This document shows, one piece after another, positions 45,895-55,142 of a stretch of 55,142 nt of DNA. Numbering within the stretch: position 1 is the first letter of the stretch; each line of letters begins with the position of its first letter. The DNA lies in IMG/VR virus record IMGVR_UViG_3300045988_062587. The stretch is one strand, 5' to 3'. Under the pieces are notes generated by a model. It did no database searches. It was not told the DNA's origin and worked only from the letters and a program-made list of their open reading frames with translations. The position numbers and the translations under genes were made by a program. The DNA is from a virus.

Positions 45895-48800
45895 GCATAC
45901 CTCCCTCTGAAATCATCGTCCTCTGCATCTTTCACGATTTCGAGGACAAGTTCTCTCAGGCTGTCATTCTGGGCATTCAGGACGTTTTGCAGCTCGGCAG
46001 TATCAGATATACCTGAGATATGGTAAACCGGCGAGAGCGATATAGGAACCGTGCTGCGTGCTGAGGAGGAGCCGTTGCTCTCTGGCAGCTCAGCGCTCAT
46101 GGGGGTAACGCTTGCGCTCTCCATCTCCCGTCTGGTTTCCGAGGCCGTCAGAACAGATTCCCCGCCGTTGAAGTAGACCAGCTCCGGGCCATGCTCACCA
46201 ACGAGGGCAAAGCCGGGAGCCGCATCTTCCGTACCAACAGCATATCCGGGGATTCCGTGGTTGACATTGTAGCGCTCGTTGGAGCCTGCCAGCGCAGTAG
46301 AGGCCGCCGAGGCGATTTTGGCATAGGCTTCCTGCACACGGGGCATCATGCTGGATGCGCCATCGATGAAGCCCTGAATCGTCTCCTTGGCGCTTTTCGT
46401 GGCCTCGTCGCTCATGTCCATTTCCGATACGGTATCGGCTACGGTCTTGGCGATTTCGTCCATAGAATTGCTCATGCCGGTCTTGAGGTCGGCGATAGAT
46501 TCGCTGGTGGTATCCTGCGCTTCTTTCAGTGCAGCATAGTTCTCAACCATTTTGGCGAGATCAGCATCCGAGGCCGAGGCCATACCGGCAATCGCATTGA
46601 CGGATTCCTTGCTGCCATCCGCAAAACTGGCGATAATTTCACTCAGACCGTCGATGTCAGCCGCCCGTTCGTTCAGCTTTTCGAGGTTCTGGTTGTAGTT
46701 GTCCCAGTAGGTGATCTGGCTTTGCAGTGCATTGTTGATGGATGCAGCGGAGGTCGAAACGACCTTTTCCGCAGAATCCCACAACGCATACTGGCCGCTG
46801 ATGCTGCCGTAGGCTTCATCATAGGCATCCTTGTAGGCTGCAATGATGTCCTGAATCCGAAGCTCTGCATCAGAGATGGCATTCGCCACATTCTGCTGCT
46901 GCGCTGCAACATCGTCTGCGCTGTCGGCGGCGGACTGCTGCGAAGCATTCAGGGCATCGACTGCGGCGCTGGCCTCCTGATACTCGGCCTCGGCGGCATT
47001 GATAGCCTCCTGATCCTGTTCTACGGCGGCGGTGTAGTTCTCGACCTCCCGCCGGGCAGTGACAAGGTCATCCGAGTACCCCATATACTCAGTGCGCAGT
47101 TGCTGCACATCCTCGCTCATGGTGCGCCACGGCAGATCTTCCACCGTGCCGTAGGTGAGCTTGAACTGCTCATCCGTCAGGCCGAGGGTGGTCAGCAGCT
47201 TATCGTAGGCAGCAGACATGCCGGCATTGGATTTTTCCACCTTTGCCTGCGCGGTCGCCAGCTTGGTTTCGTTCTCAGCACTCTCAACCAGCACATTGTT
47301 GTACTGGTCATAAAGGGTGTTCAGGTATTCCTGCCGGGCCTGTGCCTTGGCATCCGCCACATAGGCATCCGTGTGCTGGCGCAGCGCTGCGGTGCCGCCC
47401 TTGATGGAATTGGTCTCAAGGTCAATATCATCTGCAAGACTGGGCACCAGAACAGACAGCCGGGCCAGCGTGTCGTGGTATTCGGCATTTCCGTCCGTGT
47501 TCCCATTTGTGGCGGCCTCGATGGCCTCCAACTTGCTGATGTACTGGTCCGCAACGCTGGCGGTCGCTGCCATGTTGGACAGGGTGGAATCGTAGCTTGC
47601 GCTCGCTTCTTCCATGCTGTCGCCCATGTCACGAGCGGCGCTGGTCAGCTCCTTTACAGAGGGCACCGTCGCATCGGCAGATGTTGCCAGTGCCGTGACG
47701 AGCGTAACCGTTCCTGCAATCGCCACAGATGCAAGCGTCAGCGGGCCAGCAAGTCCCGCCAGAGAGCCAGTGAACAGAGTTGCCGCCGCATGAGCTAGTT
47801 TTATGCCAGCTGAAACCGCAGTCAGCGTGCCGACCAGACCGCCCAACGTGACGGTTCCTGCCGCAATTCCCTTGACCACACCGGGATTTTCCTCTACAAA
47901 TCCCTGCATCCAGCCCAGGACTTCCGCGCCGACATCGTACAAATCCGACATCACCGGAGTCAAATCCTCACCGATGGCGATTTTCAGGCCGTCTGCTGCG
48001 GACTGCATCAGCGTCAGTCTGCCGTTCATGTTGTCGAGCATGGTGCCTGCCATTTTATCGGCAGATCCGGCGCAGTCGTTCAGAGCTGCGGTGTAGTCCG
48101 CAAAAGACTGCCCGCCCTCGGCTGCGGCCTCGCTGCACCCGGCCATGATGGTTTGCAGTTTGGAATACTGGTTCGTGCCGGCAATGACCTTTGCAAGGTT
48201 GGCTTGCTCTTGGTCGGTCAGGGTGTCCCAGATACCGGCCATGCCTGTGAGGATGCTGGACAGGCTCTGCATATTGCCGTGCGCATCATAAATCTGCACA
48301 CCGTATTCTGCAAGGGTGTCCCCGCACTCTTTCGTGTTGGTTGCAAGGCGGGTGAAGATGGCGTTCAGGGCCGTGCCAGCCTCGCCGCCCTTGACACCGG
48401 CGTTGGCCATGGTAGCCAGCACAGCGGTGGTTTCCTCGACCGAGTAGCCGAGGGATGTAGCGGTAGCTGCACACGCCTTGTAAGCCTCACCCAACTGGAT
48501 GACATTCGTGTTGGAGTTGGCCATGGCGTAGGCCATTACGTCCACAAAGTGCGTGGTGTCGGAGGCCTTCAGGCCAAAGGCCGTCAGGTAGTCGGTGACA
48601 ATATCGGATGCCTGCGCCAGATCCATGTTGGCAGCAGCAGCCAGATTCAGCACCGGGCTGATGCCGTCCAGCATAGACTGGGTGTCCCAGCCTGCCAAAG
48701 CCATGTAGGACAGGGCATCAGCCGATTCACCAGCGGTGAATTTGGTGGTCGCGCCCATCTCCTTGGCCTTGTCGGACAGAGCCGTCAGCTCCTCACCGGT

Positions 48801-49460
48801 AGCACCAGAGAGGGCCTCGACATTGCTCATGGATGCTTCAAAATCACCTGCGGTGTTGACGCAGTCCATGTAGGCATCCCGGATTTCTCCGAGGGCCTTT
48901 GAAATGCCGACCGTGGCCAGCGTGGCCTCGACCGTCTCAAGCGCCTCGACCGATTTTTCACCGAATCCCTTTGCGCCCTCACCGGCCTCGTCCATCGTTT
49001 TCTTGAGGTCAACCTGCTTATCCTTGAGCTTATCGACCTCAGTTTCCAGCCGGACGCTTTCCGCCGTCAGCTGCGTGGTATCCACGCCAGCTTCGTGCAG
49101 AGCATTCCCGGTGGCAGCCAAACGCTGCTCATAAGTGTTCAGGGAGGCCGTGGTCTTGTCGATCTGCGCTTGTTTGGAAATCAGCTTGTTTTCCAACGCA
49201 GAGGAATAACCCTCGGTCTCCTGAATCTCTTTCTGGATGTTGTCGTACTGTTGCTGCAAAACAGAAAGCCGCTGACGGGTTGCGTCAACGGCCTGCTGCT
49301 GCTTCTGGTACGCCGAAATGTCGGATTGTACTTTGTTCAACAGCTGAATCTTCCCCTGCGTTTCCACAAGGGCAGACTGAGCAGCCTTGAATGTACTGGA
49401 AAAGCTGCTGTTCTGTTTGGCGGACAGGTTGAACAGCAGCTCCCACTCTTTACGAGCCAC
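45891..49460 (-). CDS. Tape measure protein
   Basis: 1189 aa, helical, Ala/Gly-rich hydrophobic core. Position after the chaperone pair. GTG start. Confidence 0.9.
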   Translation of the reverse strand: MARKEWELLFNLSAKQNSSFSSTFKAAQSALVETQGKIQLLNKVQSDISAYQKQQQAVDATRQRLSVLQQQYDNIQKEIQETEGYSSALENKLISKQAQIDKTTASLNTYEQRLAATGNALHEAGVDTTQLTAESVRLETEVDKLKDKQVDLKKTMDEAGEGAKGFGEKSVEALETVEATLATVGISKALGEIRDAYMDCVNTAGDFEASMSNVEALSGATGEELTALSDKAKEMGATTKFTAGESADALSYMALAGWDTQSMLDGISPVLNLAAAANMDLAQASDIVTDYLTAFGLKASDTTHFVDVMAYAMANSNTNVIQLGEAYKACAATATSLGYSVEETTAVLATMANAGVKGGEAGTALNAIFTRLATNTKECGDTLAEYGVQIYDAHGNMQSLSSILTGMAGIWDTLTDQEQANLAKVIAGTNQYSKLQTIMAGCSEAAAEGGQSFADYTAALNDCAGSADKMAGTMLDNMNGRLTLMQSAADGLKIAIGEDLTPVMSDLYDVGAEVLGWMQGFVEENPGVVKGIAAGTVTLGGLVGTLTAVSAGIKLAHAAATLFTGSLAGLAGPLTLASVAIAGTVTLVTALATSADATVPSVKELTSAARDMGDSMEEASASYDSTLSNMAATASVADQYISKLEAIEAATNGNTDGNAEYHDTLARLSVLVPSLADDIDLETNSIKGGTAALRQHTDAYVADAKAQARQEYLNTLYDQYNNVLVESAENETKLATAQAKVEKSNAGMSAAYDKLLTTLGLTDEQFKLTYGTVEDLPWRTMSEDVQQLRTEYMGYSDDLVTARREVENYTAAVEQDQEAINAAEAEYQEASAAVDALNASQQSAADSADDVAAQQQNVANAISDAELRIQDIIAAYKDAYDEAYGSISGQYALWDSAEKVVSTSAASINNALQSQITYWDNYNQNLEKLNERAADIDGLSEIIASFADGSKESVNAIAGMASASDADLAKMVENYAALKEAQDTTSESIADLKTGMSNSMDEIAKTVADTVSEMDMSDEATKSAKETIQGFIDGASSMMPRVQEAYAKIASAASTALAGSNERYNVNHGIPGYAVGTEDAAPGFALVGEHGPELVYFNGGESVLTASETRREMESASVTPMSAELPESNGSSSARSTVPISLSPVYHISGISDTAELQNVLNAQNDSLRELVLEIVKDAEDDDFRGRYA

Positions 49461-50004
49461 TACTTACCGTCCTTTCTCGCTCTCTGGCGCTCGGCAATGA
49501 GGTCATTGCTGCTGCGGATCCATTGCCGGAACTGATACAGGGGCATTTCCAGCCAGTAGGGCGCAGGCGTACAGTTGACCTGTGCCATTGCAAGCACCTG
49601 TCGCCGCAGCCACACGCCGCCATCACCGGTTACAAGTCCGACCTCAGCAAAAAATTTCTCGCTTTGGTGCGGATGGTGTTGTAGTCCCGGATGCTCATAG
49701 CACCAATGACATCAACACCGATAGGCTCGGTACACGCCCGGCAGGCCATGCGGATAAGGTAGCCCGCACTCATCGAGGGGATGATAACCGGCTGATTCAG
49801 AGCCGTAAGCTCTGCCTCGATGGCGATGGAGTCATTGCCGGTCAGCTTGCCCCAGTTGAACGTGAGGGATTCGTAGTGCTTGCCCTCATAGTCAAGGGGC
49901 TTCTGGAGCTTGTGAGTGTAGGTATACGGGTCAGCAGCGGCAGCAGCCTTTGCAGCGGCGGCCTGAGCTGCATCAAATTCTTTCGGGTCAATGACGGCGT
50001 TCAT
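49460..50004 (-). CDS. Tail assembly chaperone, -1 frameshift fusion product (gpE+E'-like)
   Basis: A -1 slip at T TTT TTG adds ...AEVGLVTGDGGVWLRRQVLAMAQVNCTPAPYWLEMPLYQFRQWIRSSNDLIAERQRARKDGK. It ends at a TAG overlapping the TMP GTG. Confidence 0.55.
49630..50004 (-). CDS. Tail assembly chaperone (gpE-like, zero-frame product)
   Basis: 124 aa between the tube gene and the TMP. Motif: LTFNWGKLTGNDSIAIEAEL. Confidence 0.7.
   Translation of the reverse strand: MNAVIDPKEFDAAQAAAAKAAAAADPYTYTHKLQKPLDYEGKHYESLTFNWGKLTGNDSIAIEAELTALNQPVIIPSMSAGYLIRMACRACTEPIGVDVIGAMSIRDYNTIRTKARNFLLRSDL
49648..49654 (-). promoter_or_regulatory. Programmed -1 ribosomal frameshift slippery heptamer T TTT TTG
   Basis: The zero frame reads AAT TTT TTG, six codons before the stop. 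The -1 frame stays open for 62 codons. Confidence 0.6.
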
Positions 50005-50080
50005 GCTGGATAGCTCCTTTCACGCTCAAAAAATAGGCCGGGACTGCAAAATGCAGCTCCGGCGAAACGCTATATGCGGA

Positions 50081-50596
50081 TTACTTGCCCAGGGCCGCAC
50101 GGACACCGGCCAGATAATCCACACCGTTGATGTAGCAGATGAAGTTGAGGGGGTCCAGTTCACGAACCTTCTTACCGTTGATGTACGTTGCCCAGTAGCG
50201 GACAGCGTATTCACCGGAGCCAGAGGTGGGCGTTGCGGGGGCAATGGTGCCACTCTTGGTCGATTTGGGCACGACCACGAAAATATGCTTTTCCTTCCGT
50301 GCCTCGACCGTGCCCGCAACAGGATCCTCATACTGGTTTGCCACACGCAGGTCAATGCTGTGACGGCGCAGCTCCGACAACTGGACGGACTGCGGCGTGG
50401 TGGTGCGGAATTCCAGACCAAGGGTCATAGCCTCCAAATGGCCCAGAATGACCGCTTCGACGTTACCACCGACACCAGCGCCCGAAATGCTCTGCGTCAG
50501 AAAGGTAACATCAGGCAGGGTAACTTTCGACATACCCAGATACTCCACGCTGTCCTCATAGACCGCGAAGTTGATAACGCTCTGATCGATTGCCAT
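50081..50596 (-). CDS. Tail tube protein (P2 FII family)
   Basis: INFAVYEDSVEYLGMSKVTLPDVTFLTQSISGAGVGG pattern, 171 aa, after the sheath gene. Confidence 0.85.
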   Translation of the reverse strand: MAIDQSVINFAVYEDSVEYLGMSKVTLPDVTFLTQSISGAGVGGNVEAVILGHLEAMTLGLEFRTTTPQSVQLSELRRHSIDLRVANQYEDPVAGTVEARKEKHIFVVVPKSTKSGTIAPATPTSGSGEYAVRYWATYINGKKVRELDPLNFICYINGVDYLAGVRAALGK

Positions 50597-50611
50597 TGTA
50601 GTGCCTCCTTT

Positions 50612-51766
50612 TTAGGACTGGAGTGCGCTGGTCACATAGTCAGCGTCATATTCCAGCACAAAATCAATTTCCTGCGCCGGAGAGGGCGGGGTCATGTAGA
50701 CGTGCAGCTTGATTTTGCCCGCCATCAGGCTGGTCAGCGGGTTCTCGTTTTCCAGCATTTCCACACGGGCACCCAGCAGATAGCCTGCGCCCACCAGACC
50801 GTTCAGCCAGATGGTGGCGCTATCCAGAATGGTGTCGATGAGACGACGGTTCATCGGCTTGTCGAGCTTGCTCCAGAACGTCTTGATGAGGGTGTTGGAG
50901 ACGTAGTCGAACATACGGCTGAGCGGGATGAAGTAGTCCTTCACATCCGTGGACTTGGGGTAGCACGCAGTATGGTTGCCCCAAGCGGTCCAGCCGCCCA
51001 TGAAGTTCAGGAAGGTGCAGATGCATGCAGCATCAACAACAAGGGCCTGATTATAGGTCAGGTTGATAGTGTTGCCGTCGTCGTCGCACAGGCCGTCGAT
51101 GTGAACGGTCTTGTTGGAGGGGCTTTCATAGGGAATGCCCTCGTTGCCGGTATCGGTTTCTGCAAGGCAGCCCGCCTCGACGGTGGAACCGTGGAAACGC
51201 AGATCACCGAGGGTGCCATTGGGCCAGCACAGGATGGTCTTTTCGGTATAGGTGCCGCTGTTTTTCGCCTGAACCGCAGCGGTATAGGTCTTTGCGGAAA
51301 TGTCCACCAGAGCCTTGCCGGTAAACATGCCGTTGATGGAGCCAGCCTTTGCGTCCATAACAGCTGCAACGGTGGCATCCTGGGAGAAGCCGGGAGCCAT
51401 AATCAGGTCGGGCACAATGCCGAACATGGTCAGGCACAGCTCAATCTGCTCAACAGCGGCGGACACATCGGAAGCCTCGGCGGTCTCGCCAACGGGCAGG
51501 AAAATGACCGGCTGGCAGGCGCACAGCTTGAAGTGGTAGTACATCACCTCACAGACGGTGTACTTGGCCCAGTCGTCGTCATAACCCAGCTGTTCCTTTG
51601 CCTCATCATAGCTGGTGCAGAGCACCGGGAGGCCAGCGGTCGCAGCAGTACCGGTCGCCTTAGACAGCGGTGCGGTGCCAATGACAAAGGGGATGCCGCA
51701 GGTTGCGGTGTTCGGTGTCGCCACGGCGGTATCGGCGCGGCTGACATTGATACCATGATCTGCCAT
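50612..51766 (-). CDS. Tail sheath protein (P2 FI family)
   Basis: 384 aa immediately upstream of the tube gene. N-terminal HGINVSRADTAV...IPFVIGTAP. Confidence 0.85.
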   Translation of the reverse strand: MADHGINVSRADTAVATPNTATCGIPFVIGTAPLSKATGTAATAGLPVLCTSYDEAKEQLGYDDDWAKYTVCEVMYYHFKLCACQPVIFLPVGETAEASDVSAAVEQIELCLTMFGIVPDLIMAPGFSQDATVAAVMDAKAGSINGMFTGKALVDISAKTYTAAVQAKNSGTYTEKTILCWPNGTLGDLRFHGSTVEAGCLAETDTGNEGIPYESPSNKTVHIDGLCDDDGNTINLTYNQALVVDAACICTFLNFMGGWTAWGNHTACYPKSTDVKDYFIPLSRMFDYVSNTLIKTFWSKLDKPMNRRLIDTILDSATIWLNGLVGAGYLLGARVEMLENENPLTSLMAGKIKLHVYMTPPSPAQEIDFVLEYDADYVTSALQS

Positions 51767-51781
51767 AGTATGTATTCCTCC

Positions 51782-52093
51782 TTACTTGGATTTGGCGAGC
51801 ATCCGTGCAAATGCAAGGACGGCCTCGCCGCGTGCTTTTGCCTTTTCAGGCGTGGTGTGCAGTTCGTCCACATTGATGATGAAGTCGGCCACACCGGGAT
51901 ATTTCTCGGTGGCAATCTTCACATCATCACGCTCTACGGCCTCCGCAGCAGCGCAGGGGTAAATCGTGTTTTTCTGGATGTAGCCCAGAATGGACGGGCC
52001 GACGTAAATAGAAACGCCGGGCTTGCTCTGTGCAGGCTCGGCGCTCACGGCGTTTTCGGCGTTCTGTTCCGCCGCGGTCTTTTTCACCGCCAT
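51782..52093 (-). CDS. Hypothetical structural-module protein (103 aa)
   Basis: ORF between the tail-completion-like gene and the sheath gene. Confidence 0.55.
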   Translation of the reverse strand: MAVKKTAAEQNAENAVSAEPAQSKPGVSIYVGPSILGYIQKNTIYPCAAAEAVERDDVKIATEKYPGVADFIINVDELHTTPEKAKARGEAVLAFARMLAKSK

Positions 52094-52614
52094 AATTCAA
52101 TGTCCTCCGTTTGCTGCACGGTCGGCAGCTTCCAGTAGGTGATCATTTCTCCGGCATAGTAGGGCTTCGATTCCTCGTCATAAGGAATGCTTTCCAACTT
52201 GTGGTCGTGGGAAATGTCGAGAGTAAACTGATACCGGGGCTTTCCATCAGCTCCGACACCGCCCACCTTGCGGACTTTCAGCAGCTCCACCCGGAAACGC
52301 TCCATCATGTTCAGGAGCGCAAGGTCACCCTCCTGTTCGTCCGGGTTGTAGCAGCAGAAAATAGATCGCACAGACACGACCGTGCGCTCCTCGTTGCCAG
52401 GCTGCTGCTCCGTTGCCAGCGGAATAACCCGGTGGATGATGTAGGGAGCCTTTTTCTTGGCAGCCCTGCTGTCAGGCAACCGCATCAGGTAAACTTCCGG
52501 GGCACGGTAGGCCTGTTCGGTATCGCCTTGCTGCATAGCCACCGGAAGAATCATGTCGGACATGATTTTCTCGGTGAATGCTTTCAGCTGTTCAAGCAAA
52601 ACCACACTGGTCAT
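52084..52614 (-). CDS. Hypothetical tail completion/terminator-like protein
   Basis: Assigned by position; starts MTSVVLL at 52614. Confidence 0.45.
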   Translation of the reverse strand: MTSVVLLEQLKAFTEKIMSDMILPVAMQQGDTEQAYRAPEVYLMRLPDSRAAKKKAPYIIHRVIPLATEQQPGNEERTVVSVRSIFCCYNPDEQEGDLALLNMMERFRVELLKVRKVGGVGADGKPRYQFTLDISHDHKLESIPYDEESKPYYAGEMITYWKLPTVQQTEDIELWR

Positions 52615-52615
52615 A

Positions 52616-53227
52616 TCACACACCCCATCCATTCAAAACTCGTGTAATCTCGTGCTCAATGCGTTCCTCGTAGGTAGAGGCCATTTTCGCCTCGATGGAG
52701 TCCATAACATTCTCGTTGGAGTACATCATCTGCGGGGTGGCAGGACCAAACAATTCCTTGACTGGGAACCGTTTTTCTCCCTGCCTCTCATAGATGCCAT
52801 AGTGAGAGCCCATCTTCGCCTCAAAAGCGTGGTCCAGTGCCTGTCTTGCGCCGGATTTCTTCACGCGAGTTACTACGCGGCCGCTGCGGTCCACCTTGGT
52901 GTCGAAAACTCTAAGGGGGATAACGCTGCCACGGTAGCCGAAGTTGATGGAAACCTCACCATTGCTGCCCCGCTGGATGTTGTTGATATTCTTTGTGCGG
53001 TTGGAAAATTCGCTGCTGCTGATGGCATACTCCTGCGTGACTGCCCGCTTCGCCACCGTTTTTCCGGCGGCAGCGGCGCGAGCCAGCGCAGATCCTACAG
53101 CACGATTGGCACCTCCGGGGATTCCGGAAAGGATGGCTGACACGCGGTCAAACCCCTCCTCTGCAATGTCAACAGCGATGCCAGCTGTCACGCTGTGCAT
53201 CATGGTGTCCGTTGTCACATCGCTCAT
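52616..53227 (-). CDS. Minor tail protein Z-like (lambda gpZ family)
   Basis: GANRAVGSALARAAAAGKTVAKRAV...INFGYRGSVIPL..F...V pattern resembles gpZ. Confidence 0.5.
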   Translation of the reverse strand: MSDVTTDTMMHSVTAGIAVDIAEEGFDRVSAILSGIPGGANRAVGSALARAAAAGKTVAKRAVTQEYAISSSEFSNRTKNINNIQRGSNGEVSINFGYRGSVIPLRVFDTKVDRSGRVVTRVKKSGARQALDHAFEAKMGSHYGIYERQGEKRFPVKELFGPATPQMMYSNENVMDSIEAKMASTYEERIEHEITRVLNGWGV

Positions 53228-53583
53228 TCGTCAATCGCCTCCAGTTCTACCCGCAGCATCCCCATTTCGCAGACAGAGGATGCCACATAGTAGCTGCGGA
53301 CAAATCCGTCTTCGTCAATGCCCAGCTTGCAGCCCTGCTCCGGCTGCTTCCCGCCGAGAGCTGCAATATCGCAATGCAGCACCCGGCTTACCCGGTATAT
53401 GCCCTCTGCATGGTCACTGATGCTCTGACGCACCCGCTCCTTTTCGGAGAGGCCGGTCATGACAATGGGAATATCCGAATACTCCTCACCGTCATAGTAG
53501 ACCGTGTGCGTTTCTGCGAACTCGTCCAGATTCAGAAAGACGCTGTTCAGGTCTTCCTGCACAGCGTCCTTGAAGCCGCTCAT
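53224..53583 (-). CDS. Head-tail connector/head completion protein (family not recognised)
   Basis: Assigned by position between capsid-proximal and tail-proximal genes. ATGA overlaps. Confidence 0.45.
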   Translation of the reverse strand: MSGFKDAVQEDLNSVFLNLDEFAETHTVYYDGEEYSDIPIVMTGLSEKERVRQSISDHAEGIYRVSRVLHCDIAALGGKQPEQGCKLGIDEDGFVRSYYVASSVCEMGMLRVELEAIDE

Positions 53584-54017
53584 GCGGTGGGCATCGCAGC
53601 AGACAGCTCCGGGGCCTCGGTGCTCTCGTCACCGGGAACAACGTCCTCGGCGCAGATAGCCTCGACGAGTTCATCCTTGGTCTTGAGCTGCTTGGTTTCG
53701 ATGCCCATATCCGCAGCCAATTTCTTCAGCTCGGCTACGGTCATGCTCTGCAGCTGGTCGGGGTCGAGGTGTGCCGCCTCAGAGCCGTTCTGCGAGGCTT
53801 CGGCTGCGGGAGTGTCGTTACCTTCCGCAGTTGCCGGAACGCCCGCAGGGGCGGTTTCCGGGGCAGTGGGCGCAGAAAACGCGCATTTCGCCACACCCAG
53901 CCCGATAAGGCGGGCTGCTTCGGCATCGCTGACCTCACACCGCTCGCCATGCGCAACAGTGTGAACACCAGTCTTGGTGGGGCAGCCGTAGCCACCGCAA
54001 AGAATTTCAACAATCAT
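53580..54017 (-). CDS. Hypothetical head-module protein with a Rho-N/SAP-like HeH motif
   Basis: MTVAELKKLAADMGIETKQLKTKDELVEAI. Confidence 0.5.
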   Translation of the reverse strand: MIVEILCGGYGCPTKTGVHTVAHGERCEVSDAEAARLIGLGVAKCAFSAPTAPETAPAGVPATAEGNDTPAAEASQNGSEAAHLDPDQLQSMTVAELKKLAADMGIETKQLKTKDELVEAICAEDVVPGDESTEAPELSAAMPTA

Positions 54018-54041
54018 CGGTGTACTCCTTTCAGGTCAGAC

Positions 54042-55124
54042 TTAGCCGACCATGTTCTTGGCGCGAATCCACGGAATGTAGTTCTTGGGTGCAGCCAGAG
54101 GACGAGACTTCAGGGCGGTCTTGCGAGTGTCGTTTTCCTGATCGATGCTGAACTTCGGAACACGGCGGCCAGAAATGGTGGACTGGATGGTGTCGCCGTA
54201 GTTGATCTGAGTGATAGCACCATACATCAGATGGCCGCAGCCGGGAGCCGTAATCACGGCATCGGTCTTGGGGAAGTAACTCTGCTCCTTGTCGGTGGAA
54301 TCCACATAGGTTTCATCAACAGAAATCAGATTCAACTTGTAGCCGCGGAAGTTGAGGGTGCCACCGTAGACAACGCCGTCGTATGCGCTCAGCTGCTGCT
54401 CAATCTGGCCGATGATGATGCCGGAATTCTTATCCAGCAGACGCTGAACCTTTTCGAGATTCATCACTGCGTCATAAACATCAGCACCCAGCAGCAGGTC
54501 GGCAGCGCGCAGACCACGCTTGGACAGCAGCCGGCACATAGCCGGAACGTCGCCAAAGAAATTGCCACCTTCCTCGTTCCACTTGTGGGCGGCAGTGTAG
54601 ATGTGGTCGTTCTCGTGGCCGGGATTGTAGAAATTCACGACCTTTGCCTCGCCCTTGGTCACGTTGTCGAGCATCTCCTGCATGACGCATCCGTTGTCCA
54701 GCATGGTCTGTGCGCACATCCACTCCTCGGTGCGGATGATACGGCCATCCATGTCAGCCAGATCGTTCTGGACCAGTTTTGCGGCACGCTGGGCAGGGGT
54801 GCTGTTGGCATAGATGGCCTCGCCGAAGCCACGCTTCGTCAGGTCATCAGAGGTCAGAGGACGGCTCACACCGATGGACGCAGGCTCAAACTCGTGGATC
54901 TCGTAGCCCATGCGCTCCATCGGGATTGCGCCGACACGAGGCGACACAAAGGCTGCCATCTTGCGGTCGCCGTCCATGTACTCGGTCAGCACCTTGTTGG
55001 AGCTGAAGATGTCGCCCTCCTCCGTGGGAAAGTAGCGGTCACGGAAAAAAGTCTGCTTGGGCACAATGCGCTTCTGCACGGCCATCAGGGTATAGGTGTC
55101 AAAAAAATTCAGTTCAGCAGGCAT
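54042..55124 (-). CDS. Major capsid protein, lambda gpE family
   Basis: 360 aa. FFDTYTLMAVQKRIVPKQTFFRDRYF..E....S.KVL.EY.DGDRKMA.FV.P is the gpE-family N-terminal pattern. Its 5' end lies in the terminal overlap. Confidence 0.85.
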   Translation of the reverse strand: MPAELNFFDTYTLMAVQKRIVPKQTFFRDRYFPTEEGDIFSSNKVLTEYMDGDRKMAAFVSPRVGAIPMERMGYEIHEFEPASIGVSRPLTSDDLTKRGFGEAIYANSTPAQRAAKLVQNDLADMDGRIIRTEEWMCAQTMLDNGCVMQEMLDNVTKGEAKVVNFYNPGHENDHIYTAAHKWNEEGGNFFGDVPAMCRLLSKRGLRAADLLLGADVYDAVMNLEKVQRLLDKNSGIIIGQIEQQLSAYDGVVYGGTLNFRGYKLNLISVDETYVDSTDKEQSYFPKTDAVITAPGCGHLMYGAITQINYGDTIQSTISGRRVPKFSIDQENDTRKTALKSRPLAAPKNYIPWIRAKNMVG

Positions 55125-55142
55125 TGTTATATCCTCCTCACA
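55088..55142. repeat. Terminal overlap copy 2 (identical to 1..55)
   Basis: Exact 55-nt identity with the window start. Confidence 0.95.

Larger units (their letters stand above)
1..55142. mobile_element. Complete circularly closed temperate phage genome (lambda-like head module, P2/Mu-like contractile tail, serine-integrase lysogeny module, DGR)
   Basis: Full set of phage modules. The ends overlap exactly by 55 nt and the overlap bisects the major capsid gene, so the unique length is 55087 bp. Confidence 0.85.

Noticed and set aside
1-55142. tRNA, rRNA or tmRNA genes
   Set aside because: All intergenic gaps are short or AT-rich repeat and promoter regions. No cloverleaf-like GC-rich ~75-nt segment was seen, although no covariance-model scan could be run.

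Overview
The window is a complete, circularly closed genome (about 55.09 kb, shown by an exact 55-nt terminal overlap) of a temperate, contractile-tailed phage. Its GC-rich, Clostridia-style gene content is an impression by eye only. Nearly all genes lie on the minus strand as one early-to-late programme. Reading down in coordinate: a Cro-like switch (25.4 kb); a recombination/replication module (DUF1351, RecT, MBL hydrolase, SSB, DnaD-type replisome organiser, RuvC); a methylase-like gene and a ParB gene; a run of small Cys-rich ORFs; and an ArpU-like regulator (10.3-10.7 kb). Next come a repeat-rich late control region and an operon of membrane protein + ParB + PAPS-reductase (IbrA-like) + IbrB-like ParB. 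These are followed by lambda-type packaging and head genes (Nu1, gpA, gpW, portal, ClpP-scaffold, gpD, gpE) that cross the circular junction. Then come P2/Mu-type tail and baseplate genes: sheath, tube, a -1 frameshifted chaperone, tape measure and baseplate. The tail fibres follow, and the last fibre is the target of a complete diversity-generating retroelement (VR, RHH gene, avd, TR, RT). The lysis cassette closes the programme. A plus-strand island (25.5-32.1 kb) carries a CI-like repressor, a ybjQ-fragment/BRCT/large-serine-integrase operon, two paralogous XRE regulators, and a six-gene amidoligase cargo operon behind a consensus promoter with palindromic operators. The best leads are: (1) the DGR, which has a 9-nt TR/VR length mismatch and an embedded RHH gene; (2) the transporter-ParB-IbrA-IbrB operon as a candidate DNA-modification system; (3) the separately switched amidoligase cargo operon with an attenuator-like leader; (4) a late promoter followed within about 20 nt by a terminator, with phased iterons upstream; and (5) the ybjQ fragment coupled to the integrase. 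All family assignments come from motif recognition by eye; no searches were run.
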